Positions 1 to 13,400 of a stretch of 64,000 bases of DNA are shown piece after piece. The DNA is from Tubiluchus corallicola (lineage: Eukaryota; Animalia; Priapulida). How positions within the stretch are numbered: the stretch's first letter is position 1; each line of letters begins with the position of its first letter. The translations under genes and the position numbers were made by a program. The stretch covers positions 620,001 through 684,000 of the forward strand of contig JAQGDQ010000035.1 in the NCBI GenBank assembly GCA_030141605.1, read 5' to 3'. Under the pieces are notes generated by a model. The model made no database searches and was not told where the DNA came from. It saw only the letters and a list, made by a program, of their open reading frames with translations.

Positions 1-3000
1 TCTTCTTCCATTGTATTCCGCTTAATGATCAGAATAAAGATCAGTTCTCAATAAAACATAATCACTACTCAAAAACGTGCAAACAGAGAACAAGTGGATG
101 GTTTCCCTGTGAATAAAGGATGATTAAAACAGTAAACTTCGTAATGACTTAAACTGTTTCGATGAACAAACCTGTGAATTACTGTTTGTTGAAATTACCC
201 AAGAACATACAAAAAATACCTTAGTTGGAGTATTATACAGACCTCCGGGTGTCAGTATCCCAGTATTCCTTGATGGTTTAGATAATCTTCTCTCTAAAAT
301 AATTGATGAAAACAAACACAACTTTATCTGCGGCAACTTCAACTTAAACTTGCTTAAAGTGTGACTCGCACAAAGGAACTGAATCTTTTCTCAATTGCCT
401 ACTTAGTCATTCATTGTATCCCTTAATCACCAAACCAACAAGAATTACTAATTACTCAGCAACTTTAATCGATAATATATTTACAAACTGCAATTTTAAT
501 CAATAATATATTTACAAACTGTGTGTTAAATGACAACCTAAACTCGGGCATTCTCTACAGTGATATATCTGACCGTTTCCCATTTATTCAGTAACTAGCT
601 TGAAAGTGACACTTCATTCAAAACTAATAGGTTCAAAATTTAGAATCTTTGATCATAGCAGCATCACAGACTTCAAGTCCAAACTAGCATCCTATGACTG
701 GTCCCAAATATTTTGCATACAGAACCCTAACTTGGCATTTCAATCCTTCTTTAAAGATTAGTACAATATTTACAATGGTAGCTTTCCACTAGTCACAAAA
801 ATAATAAAGCCACGGAAGTTAAATAAACCTTGGCTAACAAGCGGGTTGATACACTCAATTAAACATAAAAATAAATTATATAAGCTAAAATTAAAAAACC
901 CTACTAATCTGAACATTGGCCACTATAAAACATATAGAAATAATCTAATGCCAATACTAAGAAAAGCTGAAAAAGATTATTATGCCATACTATTAAAAGA
1001 AATATGAATAACATGAAAAAAACATGGAAAATTATAAACTTAGCTATTAATAGAAGAGATACTTCTCATATAGAACAGTCACATTTCAAAAAATCACAGC
1101 ATAACCCAATGACATCGAAAGAAATATCTGATGCTTTAATAATTATTTTGTAAATGCAGGATCAACTCTAGCAGACAAAATGCCTTCTACAAATACATCA
1201 TATTTTTCATATTTACCAAATGCAAGTAGGAATTCAAAGCAGTTGCTTCTAATTGACAAAACGGAGCTGCTAAATGTGGCAAATAATTTAAAAAATAAAA
1301 ACAGTACAGGATATGATGATATATCACAAATTCTCCTTAAAAGATCCATCAACTGTACTGCTGAACCTTTACTTATGTTTAAAAAGTCATTTTCAACAGG
1401 TATAGTCCCAGACTCTCTGAAAATAGCTAACGTTAATCCAATTTTAAAAACTGGTGATAAGTCCCAGTTTCAGAATTATAGACCCATTTCAATTCTTCCC
1501 TGTTTTTCCAAGACTCTTGAAAGTTTAATGTATAATGGAGTATTAAGTTTTATTAAAAAAACAACATATTATATAGCAAACAACTAGGCTTAAACAGAAC
1601 CACTCCACTTACATGGCTGTACTTGAACTTCTTGATTTCATATCAAATGCAATTGACAATAATTAATTTACAATTGGTATCTTCATTGATTTATCTAAGG
1701 CCTTTGATACTATTGACCATAAAATACTCTTATATGAATTAAACAACTATGGTGTCAGAGGTCTACTTTTACAGTGGTTTACAAGTTATTTACACAACTG
1801 AAAACACTCTGTACTAACAGATAACACATTTTCTTCTTTGAGGCAAATCAATTATGGTGTCCCGCAAGGCTCAATCTTAGGTCCATTGCTTTTCTTCTCT
1901 ATATTAACGATCTCCATAGTCTCCACTCTGCTAGACTTCATTTTATTTGCCGATGATACTAACATGTTCTATAGTCACTCAAACTATGAATCAATGATAA
2001 ATACTGTAAACCAAGAACTTAAAGTTAATAAGTTGTCACTGAATATTGAAAAAACTAAATTTACTGTATTCACAAATAAAAATAAAAGAATGCCTAGTAA
2101 TATTACAGTAAAAATTGATGCAGTCCCAATAATTAAAGTAAAAAATACTAAGTCTTAGGCATCATCATAGATGAACACCTGACTTGGCAAGAACATCTTA
2201 GATTTATCGAAAGCAAAATCTCCAAAACCATAGGTATTAAATACAGAGTTAGACGGATATTGCCTAAATCAGTACTTGTATTATTATATGATTCTCTTTT
2301 TTACCATATCTTAATAATTCAAACATTGTTTGGGGGTGCACATACACCAGTTGATTGAAAAAAATTTACGAGATTCAGAAGAAAATAGTGCGAGCTACAT
2401 TTATAACGGTTATCAGGACCACATGCCACCAACATTTAAAAAACTAAATTTTCTAAACATTTATGACATTAATAACTTCCAAACCGTCATTTTCATGTAC
2501 AACTTATCTCAGAAATTATTGCCATCCGTATTTACTATTATTTTTGTTTGAATGCTGACATACATAATTACAATACACGATATAGACTTAACTATCATTA
2601 CATACATTGCAACACAAATGTTAGGAAATTTTCTATTAAATACAATGGCCCTTACATATGGAATTCAATTGCTCCAGCTATGAAAAATGCCAACTCGCTG
2701 TCCATATTCAAAAAAGTATATAAATTTCACTTGTTGGAAACATTAATTGATCACTCAATCATGATTTGTTGTTGTTTTTCATTTCCAAATACTTCCCCTC
2801 TAGGATAATAATATAGTTACTAATTCCCAGTCGTATATATATATATCTGCAATGCGCACCTCCGTATAGTCTAATCAACTGTTGCCTCCTCCACAAATGC
2901 TTAGCGAATGTATTAAAGCATTTATCATTTCTCTGTACCATCAGTTTACATCGTAATTATGAAAATTCAATATTACTAATGCCCACTGTAACTCGTGACT

Positions 3001-3141
3001 AATTCTAGTGGCCTAGCATAAGCTAGCTTCTTAGTCTCTAGCGCAGAATTCATGAATTGTATCATAATTTTGTATTAACAAAAACTGATTATCGATGTAC
3101 ATGTAATGCATGTTTATTGCGAAATAAATCTGTTGAATTGA
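1..3141 (+). mobile_element. Decayed non-LTR retrotransposon (CR1/L2/Crack-like ORF2: endonuclease end + reverse transcriptase + 3' UTR), running off the window start
   Basis: Frameshifted ORF pieces: LVGVLYRPPG (~221-250), KPTRITNYSATLIDNIFTN (~430-490), [35 protein letters not shown] (~1675-1730), GVPQGSILGPLLF, FADDTN, HNYNTR, FSIKYNGPYIWNSI; AATAAA at ~3123 then TTGAATTGAA tail. Confidence 0.9.
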
Positions 3142-4498
3142 AAAATTTTAGTGACTTATATACATTCGTCTAGCTGTACCAAATGAGTTTTTAACGATTA
3201 TCTGCATAAAAGGATCACAGCATTCTTTTCTCTTTGTTATTGTGTTTTTGTATTATGTGCTTTACAGATTTACATCTGATCCTTTCTTTATCGTTATCCT
3301 AAGATAAACATCAATTTTTTCTTTCAAGTTCTGCAAGAACATTATTTTTTTAAAATAATATTCTCCATTATATGGACAATATATTTGTTTTAGTTGGTAC
3401 ACTCTAATATTTATTCAATATTCCCGAACAAAGTGCTAATCTATAAGATTGTTCTATCAGAGCATATCAACATTCTAAAATAAGAACTTTGTAAGTAATG
3501 TTGATTATAAAAACCACCAATCCCCAGAAGTTTTTCCAATTTTACTTTGGGCTGCACAACAGTATCCTACACTTACATTTTAATTTAATTAGATTAAGCA
3601 ATTTAATTATGTATTGTATGTGCCCACTGTCATTTCTTTTACTTAGGCCTGTATGCATAATGTGTCAATTAAAAGTTAAATTTTAAAAGCTTAATTTTTC
3701 TAGTACAGATCTGGTTAATAGGAAACGCAAGTCTTTTAACATTTAAAAAGGCATAGCATTTCTTGCGATGAAGATCATTTTGTTTTTGACACTGGTGGTA
3801 CAAACAAAAAACAAACAAAAATGAGCTTTCAAAAAAGAATTAGACTCTATGAAATGAAGTTGAACACAAATGAAAGATGCTGACAGTTGAGGTAGTACAT
3901 TAAATTGTTGTAGGCGTATAGTGCTGCCCGTTTGATTAAACATCTAAATTTGGTAAACAAAATTTGTCAAAGTATACAAATGGGTCCAAAATGTTATTCT
4001 CAAAAAAATTAAGTGCCAATAATTATGGAAGCTAATTGACTCATACAAAAAACATAAATGAAGCATTTTTATAATGAAAACATTTAAAAGTAAAGGCTTT
4101 TTATTTTCAAAACAATAAGCAAGAACGCTGGGTGTTTTGCAGTACTACCACTAATGTAATGTTTCAACTGACAAGGGTTACATATGAAGAAACAACCAAA
4201 ATACAATTGAATAGAATTTATGAAGCAATTACGAGTAGGAATTCTGCTAGCCATGATTATTACAGATTACACACTATTGTAGTACAACATAATTTAAATG
4301 GATTTGCTTTTATGAAATACTAAACAAAGTATCATTTTGATTCCATAACTAAAGCTGTAAACAGATAACAAAGTAAAATTGTTACAGTATAATAGGCTAT
4401 CAAAATTCACCATGATAGCACTGCACAAATTTAGAAAAAAAACTTATTTACAGGATTATTGTACATGTATCCACTTGATTTTACCACTTTGAGTAGCA

Positions 4499-7400
4499 TC
4501 ATTGCCCTATCTGGAACGCAGTGGATGACGGTTCATTCAGCTCCTCTTTCTGGCTACTTCTATGACAAAGCTCAAATCTGGAATTTTCCTGAGGTAATTC
4601 ATTGGATATGTCAGATTCCATGATCAAATCAAAAATATTTTCATCTAATGCATCATCATCACTATACTCATCTAAAATAAAGAAATTATTGACATGTTAC
4701 ATAATATGGAGAAATGTAAAAAATTAAAAAGAAAACTATATGACAATACAAAACAGTTTTTAGTATAATTAATATTAATCTTTTATTCGTATAAAAAATT
4801 TTTATATACCAATGTAGAATAAATAATTAATACAATAAAAGATAATTTTTCTTATTAATTGAAAAGAAGCAAAAGATGAAATCCATATACACATTGCCAT
4901 CATGCTACATGTAGTTGCTTACACGTTAATAAAATGTTTTTCTAACTTTTCTTTTCACATTAAAGCAAAGAGTACAACCATACTTTATTCTTAAATCAAC
5001 ATCCGAGTCATTCATAAAATTCGAAATTTTTGGTACAACGTGATTCGGAATTTTGAATTCTTCTCAAAAATCCCAATTTACGACTGTCAATCAAAAAATT
5101 TGCTGGCATGGTACCACAATAACACACAAGTTGCTTTACATTTTTTTCTGTCATTCAATAATAAATGAATATAATAATGTAAAACAAGCAATTCTTAACA
5201 CTGACTCAAATTCAATTAGACATGTACAGTTGAAAAAATCAAAACAGACAAGCAAAAATAAAGGTTTTGCAAGCAGCAAGTTGTTAAAATACATTTCTAC
5301 CAGGAATTGATTGCAAAAGCAATGGCAAATAATGGCAGCAAAACAATAATAAATGAATATAAGAATCAAGTCTATTTAAAAGCATTAGCTTCATATGTAC
5401 TGCAATTCACCTAGTTATACGTTTTTAAGCTTTTGTGAAGAACTAATCAACAAACCTCCATGTTTTATGGCAAGATTCTTGCAGAGAGGTGATGCCAAGA
5501 AGTTGGCTCAATTTTACCTAATCACTGTTAAAACATGTCTTTGGGTATTTTATTTACTAATTAATTGATTAATTAATTAAATGTCGTTGTAAGAGTAAAA
5601 AAGAACAAAAAGAACGTATATATTTTGTCCTCAACATTTAGTCACTTTACACAGTATATAATTCTCCTGAATGTCAGAAAAATCTACATTTTATGTAATT
5701 TTCGGACAATTAGCCATGTTTACGGTCTTTCTGGGACGAGAAGAAAAAACAGCAAATGAAACAAGAGGCGCCCATTCATAAAAAGGATACCATGCTCTTA
5801 CTAACTGCAAAACATACCTTGAAATATAAAATCTGACTCACCATCACTTGCTGATGACATGTGTACAACATTGCTAGGAATGTCAATCTGTGAAACCAGA
5901 GCGGCCAGGTCAACATACGATCGTAGAGACAGCATACTTGCCTATCAAACAGTAATTAAAAGAATCAAGTAATCTACTATTTTAATAAAAATGTTGCTTT
6001 ATTAACTTCAGCAAACATCACAATATTTTGAGCTGAATAAATACTTACTAAGTCAGCAAATCTAAAACAACTATTAAGAAAGAATTTTATTCTTCGTGAT
6101 TGGTAGCCAATATATATTGGAGCAACAATGGCTTCACAGCTTCACAGAGCTCATGGGTTACTCATACATGTTACAAACCTTTTACCAGTGCTCACGAACA
6201 GTTTCACAGGTGTCACAAACAAGATTACAGAGATTAGCTTTACACAAAAACTTTATGAAAATAACAAATAATTTCATTTAATTTGTTGAGATGGACGCCA
6301 TAGCAGAAAAAGAGCCCAATACAAAGAGTATAAATTTTTGTGTAAACTTGCCAACAATCACATAATTACTTACCTCTTTTTTCTTTTTTTGCACATCAGT
6401 GTCACCATAATAAGTACCTTTAGCCAAAAAGAATAAGCCAAGTGTTCCAGTCTTGGCATACTGTTCAAACAATGTTTTCCCATGATTATAACCGACATCC
6501 TGTAGCAATTCAAATAATTAATTTACAATATAAATGTGCATGCCTGCTTGATAAATTCTACAAACTGTACTAAAAGGTGCTTGTTTACAGATCTGCAACA
6601 TGTAGTCAATAAAACAGACATTTCGGATGTCAATGAAAATTAGACATTTTAAATGCCAATAAAAATAGCAATTTCAGTTTTCTAGGTAACGTAGAACTGT
6701 ACGATATATTTGAATACAAAAACTACTGTCTGATTTCTATGTACTACAGTAGACTCACGGTTAATAGATTCAATTGCTTAATTGACTTACTTAAAACGCC
6801 TGGAACGGGTTGCTTCTATTCAAACATACATAAAAACTATCGGTAAGTGACTCAAATAACTCCGGATAATTGACTCAATATTTTCCCTTCACCTACTTAA
6901 AATAAGATATTTGCATGTGCCCAAAGAGCCTTTCTTACTTTTATGTCATCTTTACTTCCCGCTTGTGCACTATGTATGCCGAAACAATCATGTTAAGTAT
7001 CGTTTTGTTTATAAGCAGCTACGTTTTTCATGCACTAATACGCTAGTATAGCGGTTTTGTTTTGAATCAGTTACCCGCTCGCCCACTGTTACCTAAAGAA
7101 TTTCTGGAAGCTAAGCATTTAATCACTTGCCTAGCAGTTTCCTTTTGATGCTCTCGTTGAAAATCGCGCTTTCAGGCTTAAGGAGATAACAGTCAAAGAT
7201 GCAGATACAGTAATCAACCGGTATTCCTTGTGATTTACAAGAGTGAACATCGTACAGCAAATAAGAGCAATGTTGAGCAGAAGATTCAGAACTGTTTTAG
7301 TCATGCACAACAACAGATTTTCAATGTTTTTATAATTACGAGAACTTTGTGGGCCAACTTTTTCGCGAGAAAATAAAGCAGCCGACTTTGAAGGAATTTT

Positions 7401-10400
7401 TGCAATTTTTGCAAATAAACAGACTTAGAAAAGTCTGTGATTTAGAAAAGTATACTTTTTAATTTATTGCTAATTCACTTTTACAAATTAATATTTTAAA
7501 ATACTTTATCTAATTTTTAACTGCATAAAGGAATTTAGGCATTACTTCTTTTCTAATATTCATTAAAAACCTTTGCAGCGCATAGTAAGTTGATGACTCA
7601 TACTTCTATACCTGTAATACTACACACATCGGTTAGTAGGTTCAGTCGGTTAATTGGGTCAAAACACGTCGGTCCCAAAGTGAGTCTATTAAGCGGTGCT
7701 TACTGTAGTAAATTTCACTCTTTTTTTAGATGTTGGAGAATCGAAACTGCAATTGTCAAAGTTAGTTCCTCAAAATTTGCTTGAGCAGTTTATGCAAATT
7801 TCTAATGACTTGTAAGCCCAAGTGGGCTGGAAACAGCTTTAATAACATTTTACAGTATTAATTAACACATGAAGTATTACATTGTTATTATCATATGTTT
7901 ATGTCAATAAAGATATTCAATCAATCTAATGGCTTAAATTTTAGCTGCAAGTCTGTTCTTTTGGAATTACTGTACCATTACCGTTTTTTGTACTAATACA
8001 CTAACATGATTGTATTATTTGGGCTAAACATATATGAATAGATGGTAAAAAAATAAAACTGAAATCACATAAAAAGTAGAGTAGAGAAAAACTATACTAA
8101 ATTAAGTTCATCTTTATCAACTTAAATCAGCTTACATGAATCTCATCAAAGCTGCCAAACTGCAGTGTTTTGTACTTGTCAATGGGTGGCCGGATGTACA
8201 TCACAAAGTCATTCTTTTTCACTTGCTCTAACTGCCTGACACAGGAAACGTAAGCCAACCGTGACTGAATTTCTGTCATGTCTGGTACCTGAAATATTAA
8301 TATTTAATGAAAAAAACTGTGGCAAAAAGTAAATGCATTGTCCAACCATGTTTCTTCTTATCATTTTACAAAGCTTATTAATTATTACATCTCATCTTCA
8401 AAGCTGAATGTATGGACAGTACTGCTAGCCGCTATTGTGGCCATATCAGACTGGACATTGGAATACAGTACATGTATATACAAAAGGGCTAGAATTTCAT
8501 AAGATTTATTATTTATATTTAACGGAAATGATTGAAGGCAAAATCAGGGACACTATATCTGGGGAGCATTCCATGTGCACAAAGTCATAGGGAAATTTCA
8601 TTCAGGGTGTTGTGGCCGTCAAAGATAGGCTATATTGTCAGGAGACAGTTGTTTTTGAGCTGATTTAAGTGGCGCAAGATTTGCCTCATTTCCTGAAAAT
8701 ATCTACAATAATGTTAAGATAAGCAAAAATAATCCAGAAGTGATAATATCTATGCATAAAATTTACATATTAGTTCATAATCTTGTCTAAATGGTAAAAT
8801 TGAACATGATTTATCATTTCATTTATTTATTTTTAGAATAAACAATTTCAGATTGCCAACACAAGTGAGTAATAGAGCTTGCATAATTCAGTCTATAACA
8901 CAAAGGTTACTACATACAATAAAGGAATTACCAGTTTGTTAAGTGATAAAATTCAATTTAAATTAAAACTTTTTTCTCTTGACCAGTCTACTTCTCTTGA
9001 ACAAAGATCAAAGAGAAATTTACAAGTCATTTTTGGAAACGTAATACTGTGTGAAGAGTTTACAAATACAAAATTACCCGAACAGGTGTTACCCAAGGGT
9101 TCCATCGCTTCCACAACAGCCACCAACCTGATAACTCATCACCATAATTGGTCAAGTCGGACTCATCTTGACTTCCAACGTCTATAGCTACTACTCTATA
9201 AGCACCCATTTGACGAATAACATCAGCTAAAATATAAAACTTCTGCATAATTTTTCGATGCCACAAAGTTTTCTATTCTGAGCAGAATAGCACGTCTTAC
9301 TGATCTGGTAAATGTAGGTCACATTGTACTTTTGTGTAACTTTCAAAATGTTGATTAAATTGTTAAAAATTTGGATACCTTTCTTTATCAATATTTCACT
9401 AAATCAATACAAATTTATCAAACATACATCATTTTTATGAAAATTAAGAAAAAAATTTGTTTAATCACTATTTCAACATGAGCAATTTGTTCAAGAAATT
9501 ATATCACGATAAAAACTGTAAGACAATTGTTGTAAACGACATCAGCAAAATAAAATTCCCACAATCAATTCATTTAAAAAAACATGGCAAACTGTGTAAA
9601 AATAACAATTTCAGAGTAATACTATCACAATATTTTCATCAGTAAATTTTGTCATTTGCAGTGCATATACATGTAATTTAGCCATAGCTAATCATTCGTT
9701 ATAACCCTATCTCCCAACACTCAAAAAAAAACTAGCTGCTATTACAAAATAGATTGTTTGCTAAGTAAAGTGTTTTGGCATCATTTACTTGGGACAAATT
9801 TTACTTAATATGTGAATATAAAAACAGTAACAATAATAATTTAATTTTTAGGGGCACAAATGCTCATGTTAATGCAATTTGGTCTAATTAGTTTCACAAG
9901 TAATCACAAAATAATCGATACTATTATCACTGTGGCAGTACAAAAAACATTTATAAGCTTTTTAAAATAAGAGTAAATTCACATGCAGCAACAGTAACAC
10001 TATAATGTATAACAAAAACAACTACACAGCTAATTTATTATCACCCAAACCCATATAAACTTAGAACACCGTAGCAATAATTACCATGCACATTACAAGC
10101 ACATGCTTAGAGAATAATGATCACCTGGAAGATTATTTACATATGCTCCATCAACAAGAAGATGTCCGTCTTTTGGATCACACATTGGGGGAAGATAGAC
10201 AGTGATGGACATGCTAGCACGTACGTACCTCCACAAATAACCTGTGGGAGGTAATTAAAATCAAATTCAAATCAGTGCTGCCTCACCTGGCAAATTATTA
10301 ACATATCCTCCATCAAGAAGTAGATGCCCATCCTGTGGATCACACAAAGGTGGCAGGTAACCTGACAGAGACATACTAGCGCGGACGTACCGCCACACGC

Positions 10401-13400
10401 TTCCTACACGGAATAAAATGTACAACTTGTAACCCTACTAAAGTGAACAAATAAACAAAGCAAATTAAAAGTGGACTTATTAAAGTCAATTAATGTTTAT
10501 TTTGTCAAAATATAAGAGCTGCCTGATTATTTTATTGCAGAATAATTTATTTAAAATTTTCAATCAAAGCTTACCATTTTCATATAAATTTCTCCACTGA
10601 AGTAAGTGGCTACAGAAGAAAAGTGAAAATATGAACAATTTTCAGAAAATAGAACAATAGTCCTCTTAAAGCAATGCTATAGTTTAAGGTAAAAACATGT
10701 GTGATAAGGAATTCCACAGACAAGAAGTTTAGGGGAAAAACAGGATTTATATAAGTTGCTCTGCATAAGATGTTTCGATACTTTCTGATCAGTGGGACTA
10801 ATTAATGTTTTAATGTCTCTCATAACACCTTTAATGATAGCTGTTTGTTATGTAACTAACACGATAAAATTTTTAACCTGAGCAAAATCGTTTTTTCATC
10901 TACCAGCTTCACACGTTTCTTTAAATAGCATGTGTATATACAGCTTAACAAGTGTCAAACTTTAGATGTATTTTTGAGTAGTTTGTTTGATAAAGGCTAA
11001 ATGTGCATAATACTGCATAATTTAGAATTTTTGGTAACTCCTTTACTGCCAGTTTAGTTTATACAACATCATCACTAAACACTAAAGCATGAGAAAATGC
11101 AGAATTGCAATCAGCCAAGTGGAGAAAATATTGCACGGAAACCAGTTTTTCAGGTACCCCTCTTTCCATATTGCAAGGGATCACCTCTTACAAAGCCATT
11201 GTATATCGGCAACTATAAGTATGGCGGCATGCAATGGCATGCCATCAAAGTACCTGTTCCACAGAACTGGCAGCGCGGAGGAGGTAAGAGAGAAAATTCT
11301 GGCAAGTTATTCCTTAAAAATTCTTATTTGCTTTGTCATTTTGGAGTAGTTTCCTAAGAATTAAAACTCTCTTCAATCCAGTCTTGAACCCTAGACCTCT
11401 TGGCTGCTGTCAATGTTACCATATTCTAGATTACTCACTAAGTCACAGTTATTATGGAAATAAATTCTTTCATTACTGAGCAGTGCCGAACTTTAATGCA
11501 TGTGTTGATTGAACAAATGGTGATAATAAATATGAATGATGATAAGGAAAGCTGTTTTTAATACAGAAGTTGAAATGGCAGACAAAAAAACAAACCTGAT
11601 GTATGAACTCTCATTGTAGAAGATGTAATATCAGTTGTAATGCAAAAGTATGGCAACCACAAATCTTCGATTTGCTTATCTTGAAAGACAGTCTCAATGC
11701 TCCTGTTAAAAGCTGCACCTACGAATGAAATCAAATTATATGTCATCTAATTGTTTCATCTGCAAAAGTTGAATGAACAAGTTCACAAAAAGGCCAACTT
11801 AAACTTAAGTTCCATATTCATCTTCCAAATCTGATCAGTCGAACTAATTAATGTTTTAATGTCTCTCATCTTCCAAACCTATCAAACAGACCTACCAAAC
11901 TATAAATAAGCAAAAAAGGGAAAAAAACAACAAATTTCTGTTTTGAAATCGTGGAATATTAGGGGGTTAATTTGCACCATTTCATGGCTCAATACATAAG
12001 AGCTTTAGGTAGGGTTGAGAGATGAATGGAGCCACTTATAGGCCAAATTCTGGATAAAATTAAGTTAAACACAGCCAAATTTAGCCAACGCTGAGCTTGA
12101 AAAATAGCTAAAATAAGTGAAATCTATGAGGTGAATTTCACAGTTAAATAATACTCATTTAAGGTAATTCTAAAGTACTATTTTATAATTAAACCATTTT
12201 TGTTTCAATTTTGCAGTATAAGCAATAACTACATTTCCTTTAATCAACTAAAGGCTGCTGGACGGATTTTTCAGAGTAGGAATCTACAGAACACGACCAT
12301 TTAATTTAGAAATAAAGTTATAAAAATTACACTCTGTGTTGTAAAACATATTAAATATTTTTTCTTTGTTATTTACTAGCAAAAAGACCTGACCTGAAGC
12401 TGTGTATTTGTTGACATAACTAGCTCTGTCACTAGACCTATATACAATCTCAATTGATTAGTGATGCTACATACAGCACTGCCAACTTATAACAAGAACT
12501 TTGCCAAAATCCGATTGTGAACTTGATCTTGAATTAAGTTTATTCTTTCTAAGAGGCACTCGAACTTCAACTGAGTTCATTTTACTCTTAAAGAACTTGG
12601 AACAATTGATTTTCTGATGGAACTTGCCCACCACTGTGAACACAACAGCAATCATCAACAGGACAAAGACGAGAAATATACTCACTGAAAACAAATAAAC
12701 AAACAATAAATAATAAACCATTCCAGACTATTTTACCTTCCTGGTAAGAGCTTATCTAAGCTAATTAATAATGCGAAATAAAAGACCATTACCTTCAGCC
12801 ATTTCTAATGTTATAACATTGTATTGTCTAGAACAAGACTGCATCCCATGGATTGATGCATATTATTCAAGACATAACTTGTAGCATATCATTCAACAGT
12901 TTATTCTGCAGGGGCATTAGAATTGAATTCACTAAAAAGTGACCTTCTGAGGATCATAATATATCATACAGAAAGAGTAGTGCATTACTCTACAAACCAC
13001 TACAAAAAACTGTCAAACATAAAATCAATGAGTCACAGCAGTAGTGCTGTAGACATAAAACAGAATTTCACAGAAGATTAACATTGTTATACTATAAAGC
13101 CTGAGGTGTAAAAAAACTCATTTGTACCCTAGGTTTATACATACATTGAAAATTGCGAAGTATGTATAGAATTAAATTGACAATAAAGCATTGGAGGATA
13201 CTACATTAGCAAAAATGCATTACACTCTGTAAGCTCACTATTTTCTAATTAATTTAATTGCCAAACCACTGAACATAGACTAATCTGTATGGTGGAATCT
13301 CTTGGGCTCCTTAATGTATCTCTGCACTAACTGAAATATGAGAACATATTGATTGTGGCCAAATTTATGGATTACAAAATAGAAGAGTTGATATTTTATA

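Noticed and set aside
7860-7928. AATAAAGATATTCAATCAATC as a gene end
   Set aside because: Resembles the 3' tail of the LINE ending at 31556; probably a very short truncated insertion
9230-11590. Docking/selector RNA pairing for the 24a/24b choice
   Set aside because: No clear complement of the 45-nt spacer found by eye; needs a folding computation
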